A program made the position numbers and the translations under genes. This document shows positions 26,101-35,200 of a DNA stretch of 46,685 bases, in pieces. Positions within the stretch are counted from its first letter, which is position 1; the number at the start of each line of letters is the position of its first letter. The notes under the pieces were generated by a model that was not told where the DNA came from, did not search any database, and saw only the letters and a list, made by a program, of their open reading frames with translations. This DNA is from a virus (taxonomy: Duplodnaviria > Caudoviricetes), in IMG/VR virus record IMGVR_UViG_3300033562_000494, positions 1 through 46,685 of that record; one strand, given 5' to 3'.

Positions 26101-29100
26101 TCTTGGAGGGTGTTCTTGGCGTTTTTAAGATTCTTTTTGCTATAAGCCCTAAACTAGCTGCCGCAGGTATGATAGCCGCGCCGTCTTTGCCTATTCTTCT
26201 TGCCTCTATGGTGGGTGCAGGTCTTCGCACAGGTATTCGCGGTTCAGCGAGTCTTGCAGGTGACGCAGCCATCGCAGCTAGTGGGAGTGACGGCGACAAC
26301 AAACGAGGTAGCTGGTATAGTTGGAGTAGAGCAGTCGCCCGTCCTTTTGAAGTAGGAAAAGCGACTACCGCAGGGATTTTAGGTAAAGCTCCTGCCGATA
26401 TGCCCGGTAATTATGTTGCTAGATTGGGTGCGCTTGGGACAGATATGAAGGGTTGGTTTAACAACAAGTTTGTTCCAGGATGGCAAAATGTAATGCGTGC
26501 TTGGCAAGTTCCTGATGGCTTTATGGAGAGACTTCGTAACTTTAAGCAAACATCAGGAAACATCGTCTCTTTTAAAGATAGCGGCTTATCCCCCACGCTA
26601 GGCGAGCGTGTCAAGAGTGCTTCCACCGCCGCAGGACTTCCTAGTGGGGGTAGTGTAGCTAGTGCCGTCGGTGGATTTGTCGGAGGAGGGTTAGCTCGTT
26701 TAGGTGGTCTAGCCGCAGGAGTTGCTGTTGGTTTCGGAGAGCTTGCCCTAGCTATCGCCGCAGTCATGGGAGTTATGTGGTTACTCGAAAAAGCAATCAA
26801 AAAGATAGCTGGTTGGGTTCAAGGGAAAGAAGATATTAAAAATCTAGGTTCTAAAACGGCTAATCCTGTCTCGCTCAAAGCAGTAAGCCCAAATGAAGCG
26901 GTAAAAAAATATATGGATGCCAGAGCTAACGGCGAAATCCCCTACAATCCAGAGGAAGAAGACTTTGAAACTCAAAAATTTTTTGAGAAGAATCAGTTCT
27001 ATAAAAATTTTGCGGACTTAGCGGAAGCTAATAAAGTTTTAAATGCGGTTAGTAGCAAGACGGATAAAGATAAAGCAGAAGAATCTCTAAAAAAGGCTAC
27101 CAAGAACATCGAGCTTACTTTTGCTGAATATGAAAGCCTATCCATGTCAAATAAGGCGATTGTTACTAACCATATACAAAAGATAGCCGCACAGCTTCAT
27201 GGCGCGGAATTTGACCAACCAGTAGAGATTGACGGAGAGCAACTGGGTAAATCCGCGCTTAAAGCCTTAACCGAGACATATCAACGCTTTGGAACCTCTT
27301 TTGAAAAGCAATTTGCAGAGCAGTATTCTAAACGGAAACCTGTCCTCTTTGACCCCTTTAGAAAACCCAGTAGGCTGGATGCAAATATCCTCCCTAGCGA
27401 TTCCGAAGGTTCTACCCCTAGCGGGCGTAAGCTTCCTACGGTTAAGTATCAAGAGACAGTAGAATCCTTAACAGCAGCCTCCGAGTATTTTAAAGGAATT
27501 GATTCTGCGATGGTGGATCTATACAGTCGTATTGATATTATTACGGAAGCAGCTTCCAAAGCAGACCACACTAATATAAATGATCTAGTAGCTCATAATA
27601 TTAAGGTCTTAGATCAGACAGAGGAGATCGTCGAAACCTTTAAGACCAAGTTAGCAAATACGCTCACCAATATAGCGACCGAAATTAGCAAAGGTAATAA
27701 CGACCTTGTTAATCTAGGGGTTAACTCCTTAGACTTAAAGAATCCCGAAGAATTTTTGAGTAAAATGAAAGCAGCGGTTAAACTCAAACAGGCGGGGCAT
27801 GACGACGCTATTGGGCAATTTGAGGAAATTTGGGAGAGTGTTCTAACCGAGCTATTAGATAAAAATCTTTCGGCTCTTATAACACCTCTGAAGACTATGA
27901 CGGCTACCGTTAAAGGAAAACAGTCCGAGATTGAAGGCTTAGGTTTAAGCGAAAAGATCGCTTTATGGGTGAAAACAGTATCAAATGATATTAGAGGCGT
28001 TACGCTTTCTCTAAATAACTTAGGTGTTACTGTTCCGACGGGATTAGAGACTCAACTTGTCATCCCTCCTCTTCTCCCTCCTAAAGATAAAGGCACAGGC
28101 GCAGTTATCGCAGAAGGCGTAAAGACTAGATTAGGTAGAACGGGTGGCGCAGGTGGAACCCATAAAGAATTTGACCCTTGGGCATCCATTCTCAGTGTTA
28201 CAAGTAGTGAGCATCGCCAGACCGCCCTTGCAGGTATGCTCAAGAGGCAAGCAATGGGCGCAATTAAGCAAATTGGAGACGAAGGAGACTTGGGCAACAA
28301 GTTTATGACGGCTTTCTTTAGCACGAACGACTCTTCGATGATTTCTCAGCAAATCACTGTTTTAGAGCAGTTGAGAGACAAAGCGATTGAAGCAGGGCGC
28401 GGGCTTGATGTTACCTCTGAGGGGTTCACTAAAGCCGCGCATAATGCGGCAGCTTTCCAAGACAAAATATCTCAGTTGAAAGAAATAAGGATTCAGAATG
28501 ACCCGATGATGCAGTCGTTGAAGGAAATTAGCGAAGCTTTTAAAAACAGTTTAGGTTCCGCCATTTCTGACTTCATCATGGGAACTAAATCGGCGGGCGA
28601 AGCCATGCGAGCGTTTGCCTCAGAGTTCATTAGCGCGGCAGTTAGAATCTTAGTTAACAAAGCCGTGGAGTCTATCTTTGGCAGTATGTTTGGCGGCGCA
28701 GGAGGCGGTAAAGGTGGCGCAGGCGGCGCAGGGGGAGGAGGGGGAGGAGGGTCTATCTTTGACGGTATATTTAAGTTTTTCGGTTCTCTCTTTGGGGGAG
28801 CTACGGGCGGCAAAGTTAGTGCTTTTGGTATCGGTAGTAATCAGCCCCTTCACTTTGCCACAGGGGGCGGCGTTTATGGTGGTTCAGGCAAAGAAGACGA
28901 CATTCCCGCAATGCTCATGGGCGGCGAGTTTGTTGTCAGGAAGTCCGCCGTTGATAAATATGGCATAGACATGCTTGAACGCCTCAATAGCGGCAGACTT
29001 CACCAGATGGCTTTAGGCGGCAAAGCAGACTACCTTCCTAAGTATGCGATGGGTGGCAGAGTGGGTTATATGCCCCAATACGCCAACGGGGGAGCCGTAG

Positions 29101-29375
29101 AGATGCCCCATTATGCCGAGGGCGGTAATGTCATGCCTCTCATCCCCGCCCCTGCCGCAGCAGGATCCGCATCTTCGCAGCAGAATAACAATATCAGCAT
29201 CACGATTAACAAAGATGGAACTTCTTCGGAGAAGAAGTCAGGAGACAACAATGACAACAGTTCAGAGATGGCAAGGCAGATTAAACACTCGGTCTTGGAA
29301 ATACTTCAAAATGAGCAACGCCTTGGAGGTATGTTCCGTAAAGGAGCTATGGGAACCGCCGTTTCAGGTAGATAA
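23130..29375 (+). CDS. Tape measure protein (2081 aa)
   Basis: Long Ala/Lys-rich helical protein after the chaperones; hydrophobic segments; C-terminal FATGG...DDIPAMLMGGEFVV motif. Confidence 0.92.
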   Translation: MAKKQTVELDFIGDTSQLEKAAKRVKAVISDLPKNAPISDVGRSTAGYLEKPSGKLKPTLKTTTSEQNGVTTTVSKDQLGNISYKQHMSGSSVLRSRLAQAAQAYDNSLAQMVDPFKRGQHILKKASALEDVVRKHGAEGSSANARAEGHIRSLRRAASKEISSGVSNQLQGILSTLKNENLKTKDSNLHEANYLKAATSLNKLKKAAGISSKDVAAIEKAHKALDATLPRMGEHQFRAKVSTTAESFDAKLSKVIDPLKRGALLNKKAEALQGLRDSYSGEEGATTRKVAKDIRAAKQAAAKAISDGVTSQVSDIKTRLDIANRQAPDADTKLTNYANALSELNKAKNALGASSKDKAAIDKARKQLQADLPKTWTNQFNENLASVEASYAKKIAKITDPMKRAKLLDKQAAELQNIIDTQGKEDSAATRKAAASVQRLSKASAKAMSQGVSERLKGITNTLENDNRKETDKGRVTDNYIRASDAINKLKKTAGISQKDVDALTRAQRKLESYLPKTNVAASQERLADKLGAISHIMKSAFAKNASSPLLSKSDQIQQDLVHANEALSRINQLENQANSARAQKQISKARLGVQTKIGALTASQASLDHQEVRREAAQRANANMEIGWGAQFVAFGLFQSALDVVTRAFYSLVSVVQQVAMGLKDMFLSFLRVNEKFAGMETTVASALGDPKHAKNIVDEIATIAGKSFLPTDDLLNMYRSASVLPQFRSKFIEESSAGALGEKDSSFQQFRQLIEQMVTFRPDKTATDAIFSLREALGGNFVSLGKRFDVSVNTIANVTGTSRAAMKASPEKTLETLQKFFGAIISPEAVAKMTNQPTRLFENIMEQFTVLMPRILGNTFFAEVGQSLYEYALNPFVQLLEDVLSPFFEEDGTFEQTYAEDLAKAVKNLFDTLVAAVRVLAQNILPHIEKAFGINSTDADSSAKGLLGRAIAAFTASLNWLSDKLPTVVSEVVKVLPALVNMFKTLLSVLEGVLGVFKILFAISPKLAAAGMIAAPSLPILLASMVGAGLRTGIRGSASLAGDAAIAASGSDGDNKRGSWYSWSRAVARPFEVGKATTAGILGKAPADMPGNYVARLGALGTDMKGWFNNKFVPGWQNVMRAWQVPDGFMERLRNFKQTSGNIVSFKDSGLSPTLGERVKSASTAAGLPSGGSVASAVGGFVGGGLARLGGLAAGVAVGFGELALAIAAVMGVMWLLEKAIKKIAGWVQGKEDIKNLGSKTANPVSLKAVSPNEAVKKYMDARANGEIPYNPEEEDFETQKFFEKNQFYKNFADLAEANKVLNAVSSKTDKDKAEESLKKATKNIELTFAEYESLSMSNKAIVTNHIQKIAAQLHGAEFDQPVEIDGEQLGKSALKALTETYQRFGTSFEKQFAEQYSKRKPVLFDPFRKPSRLDANILPSDSEGSTPSGRKLPTVKYQETVESLTAASEYFKGIDSAMVDLYSRIDIITEAASKADHTNINDLVAHNIKVLDQTEEIVETFKTKLANTLTNIATEISKGNNDLVNLGVNSLDLKNPEEFLSKMKAAVKLKQAGHDDAIGQFEEIWESVLTELLDKNLSALITPLKTMTATVKGKQSEIEGLGLSEKIALWVKTVSNDIRGVTLSLNNLGVTVPTGLETQLVIPPLLPPKDKGTGAVIAEGVKTRLGRTGGAGGTHKEFDPWASILSVTSSEHRQTALAGMLKRQAMGAIKQIGDEGDLGNKFMTAFFSTNDSSMISQQITVLEQLRDKAIEAGRGLDVTSEGFTKAAHNAAAFQDKISQLKEIRIQNDPMMQSLKEISEAFKNSLGSAISDFIMGTKSAGEAMRAFASEFISAAVRILVNKAVESIFGSMFGGAGGGKGGAGGAGGGGGGGSIFDGIFKFFGSLFGGATGGKVSAFGIGSNQPLHFATGGGVYGGSGKEDDIPAMLMGGEFVVRKSAVDKYGIDMLERLNSGRLHQMALGGKADYLPKYAMGGRVGYMPQYANGGAVEMPHYAEGGNVMPLIPAPAAAGSASSQQNNNISITINKDGTSSEKKSGDNNDNSSEMARQIKHSVLEILQNEQRLGGMFRKGAMGTAVSGR

Positions 29376-29381
29376 GCCTCA

Positions 29382-29399
29382 AAATTTAGACCTAAATTA
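29382..29399. promoter_or_regulatory. 18-bp palindromic motif copy
   Basis: AAATTTAGACCTAAATTA, 3 nt before the next ATG. Confidence 0.9.
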
Positions 29400-29402
29400 T
29401 TT

Positions 29403-30014
29403 ATGAAAGTAGCCGTAACCTTCGACCACAACACTTCGGGCGGGACTGTTGCTACCGCCAATTTGCTTTACTCCTTGGCGCGAGTTAAAATGACGGCTAC
29501 TGCGTTACCTTCGGGAGCGTCACTTTCTACCTACTACTACCCAAGGATGCTCTCAGATACCGCCTACACGCTCCACACGACCCAGCAAGGAGCTTATGAC
29601 GGGTCTAACCTTGTCTCCTTTGCAGATGACGGTAGTGGAATCGAGCTTTATACCACGGACATTTCCCAAACATTCTTTTATCGCCCATCTCAAAGCTCTG
29701 AAATGGAAGCTGAACCTAAAATCCGCAAAGTGCAGTTTGGGGACGGCTATGAACAGCGCAGCAAGGACGGAATCAATAACAACCCGCTCACTTTTCATTG
29801 CAACTTTATGAACATCTCTTCACGAAGAGCACATGATGTCAGCAACTTTTTGAAAGACCTAGAAGGGTATAAATGGTTTTGGTGGATGGCTCCTGAGCCT
29901 TATGATGACTCTCTTAAAAAATTTGTGGCAGGAAAACATAGTATTAGGTATGATGCCCCCAACATTAGAACAATCACAGTGGACTTTAAACAATCATTTG
30001 AACCAGGCGCATGA
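29403..30014 (+). CDS. Minor tail (distal tail) protein, lambda gpM-like, with extra N-terminal domain
   Basis: VQFGDGYEQRSKDGIN...FWW...FKQSFEP signature; ~83-aa N-terminal addition. Confidence 0.9.
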   Translation: MKVAVTFDHNTSGGTVATANLLYSLARVKMTATALPSGASLSTYYYPRMLSDTAYTLHTTQQGAYDGSNLVSFADDGSGIELYTTDISQTFFYRPSQSSEMEAEPKIRKVQFGDGYEQRSKDGINNNPLTFHCNFMNISSRRAHDVSNFLKDLEGYKWFWWMAPEPYDDSLKKFVAGKHSIRYDAPNIRTITVDFKQSFEPGA

Positions 30015-30850
30015 GTGTAGATACTGAAACAATTCAAAAGGAAATCGTCAAGCTATCTCCTGATACGCTTGTCGAACTTTATATTTTAGACGCTTCGGAT
30101 ATAGATGGCGATGTCGTCTATTTCCACGCAGGAACCAACAATAATTTGCAGCCAATTACTTTTAAGGGCGACATTTACCAACCGCTTCCCGTAGAAGTTG
30201 AAGGATTTGTCTTTAACGGTAAAGGTGAGATGCCCCGCCCCAAAGTTAAAGTTGCTAATTTGGATGGAGGCATTTCTGCTTTGTGTCTCGCTTATCAAGA
30301 CATGATTGGAACCAAGTTCATCAGGCGCAGAACCTTTGCCCGTTTCTTAGACGGTGGAGATAGAGAGAACGACTTGGCGCAACTTCCCGACGATGTTTTT
30401 TATGTCGAGCGGAAAGTTTCTGAAACAAAAGAAGTTGTCGAATTTGAGCTTTCTTCCCCTTTGGATGTTGACGGGGTGATGCTCCCTCGCCGCCAGTTTA
30501 TGACAAATCAGTGTGGCTGGAAGTATCGTTCCGCAGAATGTTCTTTTGCTGGTGACTACCTAGTAGCCGATGACACAGATGCTGCTATGACGGGAACTAA
30601 TCGCGGGGAATGGAACGAGTTAGCACAGTATAACACCAACGACTTCGTTTGGCGGTATGTTAGAGGGCGCAGATTTTACTATCTCGCTTTGATAGACAAC
30701 ATTGTAGGGGAGTTGATGCGCCCACCTAGAGCAGGTATCTGGAAACAGGAAGTTTGTTCCAAAAGACTCACAGGGTGCAAACTTCGCTACGGCCAAAATG
30801 CAGAATACCCTTTTGGTGGCTTTCCTGCCATCCGCAAAGCTAACGGTTAA
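30011..30850 (+). CDS. Minor tail protein, lambda gpL-like (predicted Fe-S)
   Basis: LVELY, FHAGTN, PRPK, RRRTFARFLD, EFELSSPLD; four Cys in CGWKYRSAEC and CSKRLTGC. Confidence 0.92.
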   Translation: MSVDTETIQKEIVKLSPDTLVELYILDASDIDGDVVYFHAGTNNNLQPITFKGDIYQPLPVEVEGFVFNGKGEMPRPKVKVANLDGGISALCLAYQDMIGTKFIRRRTFARFLDGGDRENDLAQLPDDVFYVERKVSETKEVVEFELSSPLDVDGVMLPRRQFMTNQCGWKYRSAECSFAGDYLVADDTDAAMTGTNRGEWNELAQYNTNDFVWRYVRGRRFYYLALIDNIVGELMRPPRAGIWKQEVCSKRLTGCKLRYGQNAEYPFGGFPAIRKANG

Positions 30851-30853
30851 ACT

Positions 30854-31585
30854 ATGAACACCGATTATCAATCTTTGGTTAAATGCTATGCCCTTGCAGA
30901 AGCTCCTAGAGAATGTTGCGGCTATATCTTAGCACAAGGCGACCGCTTTGAAGTAAGACCTTGCCATAATGTTTCTCAATTTCCAGAGGCATACTTTCAG
31001 ATGGATGCCGCAGAGTTTTTAGGGATTAAAACGCACTACAAGATTCATGCTGTCTATCACAGTCACCCCACGACTTCGGTAGAATTTTCAGAAGCCGATA
31101 AAAGAGTTGCCGAGGAAACCCTTATTCCTATCTTGGTCTATTCGATTCCTGATGACGCTTTTGCTTACTACACCCCCACAGGGCATTGTGCGCCCGTAGA
31201 AGGGCGGCTTTTTGTGCCTCTCGTGTTTGACTGCGTAAACCTTGTTAGAGACTATTTGAAGCAAGAAACAGGTGTCAATATCGGAGACTTACGCCGAGAT
31301 TTATCAACCATTCAGTTAGGCACAGACCAGATGAAAGCCTACTGTGAAACCAACGGGTTTGAGATCGTCACAGGGCATCCTTTGAAGAAGTATGACATTG
31401 TAGTAATGCAGCTAGGCAGAGTCGAGCTTCCCAATCATGTCGCTGTCTATATTGGCGGGGGACAAATAATTCACCAAGTCATTCACAGAGCCTCTACGAC
31501 CGATGTTTATGGCGGCTATTGGGAAAAACATACCGTTGCAATTTTAAGAAATAAGGTAATATCAGGGAAGGAGACAAAACAATGA
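30854..31585 (+). CDS. Tail assembly protein, lambda gpK-like (JAB/MPN + NlpC/P60)
   Basis: PRECCG...HSHP...SEAD JAB motif; FDCVNLVRDY...NHVAVY...IIH NlpC/P60 motif. Confidence 0.92.
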   Translation: MNTDYQSLVKCYALAEAPRECCGYILAQGDRFEVRPCHNVSQFPEAYFQMDAAEFLGIKTHYKIHAVYHSHPTTSVEFSEADKRVAEETLIPILVYSIPDDAFAYYTPTGHCAPVEGRLFVPLVFDCVNLVRDYLKQETGVNIGDLRRDLSTIQLGTDQMKAYCETNGFEIVTGHPLKKYDIVVMQLGRVELPNHVAVYIGGGQIIHQVIHRASTTDVYGGYWEKHTVAILRNKVISGKETKQ

Positions 31586-32256
31586 GAGTAGATATTCGCT
31601 TGCATGGAAAATTGGGGAAAGAAATAGGAGAACACTGGCAACTTTATGTCAACTCCGTGGGAGAGGCTATGCGTGGCATAGAAGCCAATAGCAAGAAGTT
31701 GTTCCAATACTTTTACGAGTGCGAAAAAGATGGAGTTGAATACCGCGTGCTAATTAACGGGCGTGACCATACGGACGACTCCGATCTAGTTGTTAGCCGC
31801 AAAACTTTGAGAGAAATAGACATTGTTCCTGTTCCCGCAGGAGCGGGCGGCGGTAACGGTGGAATGTTTAAAATGATTATCGGGCTTTTTCTCGTCATTG
31901 TAGCTTCCGTAGTCACTTTTGGCGTAGCCGCTCCAGGTGCCATCGTAGGTTTTGCCTCCTTCTTTGCCACAATGGGAACTGTTTTTGCTATGAAAGCTGT
32001 TTTCATGTTTGGTGCAGCTTTGCTGCTTGGTGGACTTTTTGAGCTTGTGTCAGGCTCACCAAAAAGTTCAAACGGAGGTAACAACGATATGGGTAGTGGT
32101 GAATCGGAGAAAGCCGAGCTTGCGCCTTCTTATCTTTTCGGAGGAGCCGTGAATACCGCCAATCAGGGCAACCCTATTCCTATTGGGTATGGGCGGCTCC
32201 GTATTGGTAGCCAAGTTATCGCAGCAGGAGTTCGTTCAACGGCCATCCCTGTTTAA
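31582..32256 (+). CDS. Tail assembly protein, lambda gpI-like (ubiquitin-like N-terminal domain)
   Basis: IRLHGKLG...IDIVPVPAGAGG, a hydrophobic segment, then SYLF...NTANQGNPIPIGYGRLRIGSQVI. Confidence 0.92.
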   Translation: MRVDIRLHGKLGKEIGEHWQLYVNSVGEAMRGIEANSKKLFQYFYECEKDGVEYRVLINGRDHTDDSDLVVSRKTLREIDIVPVPAGAGGGNGGMFKMIIGLFLVIVASVVTFGVAAPGAIVGFASFFATMGTVFAMKAVFMFGAALLLGGLFELVSGSPKSSNGGNNDMGSGESEKAELAPSYLFGGAVNTANQGNPIPIGYGRLRIGSQVIAAGVRSTAIPV

Positions 32257-32271
32257 TTTAGACCTAAATTA
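32254..32271. promoter_or_regulatory. 18-bp palindromic motif forming the whole I-J junction
   Basis: TAATTTAGACCTAAATTA: the first three nt are the I stop codon and the last nt is the A of the J ATG. Confidence 0.9.
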
Positions 32272-35200
32272 TGGAAGAGTATAACGAAAGTCTCGCACCA
32301 CAGCTAAACGACTTAATAGGGGCGGGCGGTGGTTGTTTCCACGAAAACACGCCAGTCTATACGCTCAAAGGCTACCGCCCTATCTGCCAGCTACAAGCAG
32401 GTGACGCCATTTACAGCTTCAACGAGTTTGGCAAAATAGAAGAGGATGAAATTGAGCAAGTTCTTGTCCACCCTAACCAAGCTTTAGGTTTGTTCAGATT
32501 TTGGGGCGGTAAAGTCTTAGTCACACCTATCCACTGGTTTTTGTCTGACCGCAACTCCTTCAAAGAAGCCCAAGCCTTTGATGTTCACCGCTGCGTAATG
32601 GATGTCGAAGGTGGCTTACGCTCGTTCCACTCATACACGCCTAATGTTGAAGAAGGTGTAACCGTCTATAACCTCATCGTAAAGAAGAACCATACCTACA
32701 TCGCAGGTGGTTTGAGAGTCCATAACGGCGGTGGAGGAGGTGGAGGAGGTAAAGGCTGTTTCAGTTTTGATACTCTCATTGAAACCCCAATGGGAGATGT
32801 GCCTATTTCTTCTTTGAAGAAAGGAGATAAAGTTTTTAGCTTCGATGAAAAAGAGAACAAACATATAGACTTCGTGGATGAAGTTTTAGTCCACGAAAAC
32901 GAAGTTTTGGGGCAGTTTGAGTTTAACGGTGGCAAAGTCCTCGTGACTCCTATCCACTGGATGCTATCGCACAACAACTCCTTTACCGAAGCCCAAGGAT
33001 TTAGCTCTAAACTTTCTGTCGTTAATGCGAAAGGGTATTTACAAGCCTTTCAGCACTATACCCTTATAGAAGGTCGGCATACTGTCTATAACCTTTTAAT
33101 TAAGAAAAACCACACCTTCATTGCGGGTGGGCTAAGAGTCCACAACGGAGGAGGAGGCGGCGGGGGCGGTAAAAGCGGTGGCAATGATGGCGGTATGTCT
33201 TCGGCTAGGGAAGTCCACGAAGACCCCGAAAGTTTGCGGTCAAGGTCTTACGCACGAGTAATTGATGCTTTGTGCGAAGGGGAGATTGAGGGGCTTGTAG
33301 ATACTTACGGCACAGTCCAGTCAGGAACAAATGTCGCTAAAGGTGTCTATGTTGACGGCGTTCCTCTGATGGGGTCAGACGGAGTTTGGAACTACGCAGA
33401 TGTGCTTATTGATTACCGCACAGGAACCCAAGATCAATCCGCTTTTGCAGGAGTTGTAGGAACTGAATCCACCACTAATTTAGGCTCTCGTTTAAGGACT
33501 CCCGCAGGAGGAGCCGTCCCACTCTACTATGCGTGTATCAACCCCGAAGTAGATGAAGTGGAGTTTGGAATTAGAGTCGCTTCGTTAGTTCGCCAAGACA
33601 AAACGACGGGCGATTTATTTGGGTCAGAAGTTTCTTGGCAAGTTGACTATAGGATTAACCAACAAGTTTGGCTTCCTGCGTTTACTTCTACCGTGTCGGG
33701 CAAGACTTCTTCGGCCTATATGCACTCCCAAACCTTTGCCATCCCTAAAGGAGGCATTATTGGCGGTATCAGCTTGATAGAGTTTAGGCTGACGCGTATT
33801 ACGCCTGACTCAACTTCAAGCTCTTTGCAGAATGAAACTTATTGGGATTATGTAACCGAGCGGATAAACGCAAAGTTTAAATATCCCAATACCGCAATGG
33901 TTGGTATTCAAATCAACGCCGAGCAATTCGCTTCTATTCCATCGAGGGCGTTTGACTGCAAGCTTTTGAAAATTAAAGTTCCTACCAATTATGACCCTAG
34001 CTCTCGTGCTTATACAGGCATTTGGGACGGCTCTTTTAAAGTAGTGTGGTCAGACAACCCCGCTTGGTGTTTTTATGACCTCGTAACTAACTCCCGCTAC
34101 GGGCTAGGCGATTATTTTCCCGCAGACACTTTAGACAAGTGGACGCTCTACACAATAGGGCAATACTGCGACGAATTAGTTCCTAGCGGCTACGGTGGAA
34201 ACTTTGAACCCCGATTCACTTGTAACCTTTATCTTCAAACGAGAGAGGAAGCTTACAAAGTTGCAACGGATATGGCTTCCATTTTTAGGGCGATGCTTTA
34301 TTGGGGAAACAATACCTTAATTCCATCCCAAGATCGCCCAAAACAGCCCCTTGTCCACTTCCACGCCGCCAATGTTAAAGACGGACGGTTTAGCTACACA
34401 GGGTCAGCCAAACGCGCTAGGCACACTTGCGCCCTCGTTGCGTGGAACAACCCCATCACAGGCTACGCTCGTGAAATCGAATATGTAGAAGATGTTGACG
34501 GTATTAACCGTTTTGGGGTGCGAGAGGTCGAAGTAGCCGCTTTCGGTTGCACCTCTAGGGGACAAGCACACCGTTTAGGAAAGTGGATTCTATACACTGA
34601 ACGAAAAGAGTCTGACTTGATTACCTTCCGTGCTGGTATGGAAGGGATGTTTTTGAGACCTGGTGACTTGTTCAAGGTTAGTGACTCTTTCCGTGCGGGA
34701 GTGATTAACGGCGGGCGTATAATGGGTATTGCCAGTGATCGCCTAAGTATCACTTTAGACCGCCCTTTGCCTTTAGTGGCAGGAGCCACTTACACTCTTC
34801 ATGTTCAATGCCCACAGGCGTTTGTCCCTTATGATGTCCCTTTGACCGATTCAACTCAAGCGGAACTCCGTAGGACAGCACAGATCGTCACGCGAACAGT
34901 TTTGACTCCTTCCCAAGAGGGAACTTACATCCTAGCCTTTGCGGAAGCGTTGCCTTCTAATGCCGATGTCGGAATGATATGGACAGTAGAAAGCAGCGAA
35001 ATTTCAGCACAGTTGTTTAGAACGCTCACGGTAGAAGAAATTGCCGCTCACGAGTTTGAAGTCACAGGGATGCAATATGACCTCAATAAATTTGCGGAAA
35101 TTGAGCAAAACATCGTATTTGACCCTTCCCCTATCTCGGTGTTGCCAAATCAACTCCTAGCCCCTGAGCCGCCCACTAATTTAGCCGTTGTTCAACGCAT

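Noticed and set aside
32334-33146. Calling the J Hint domains ordinary mini-inteins
   Set aside because: Both are followed by Gly rather than Cys/Ser/Thr, so canonical splicing is not supported.
8240-35180. Half or near matches to the palindrome (about 8240, 10355, 12265, 19550, 33476, 35176)
   Set aside because: They have only one arm or core mismatches, could arise by chance, and were not counted.
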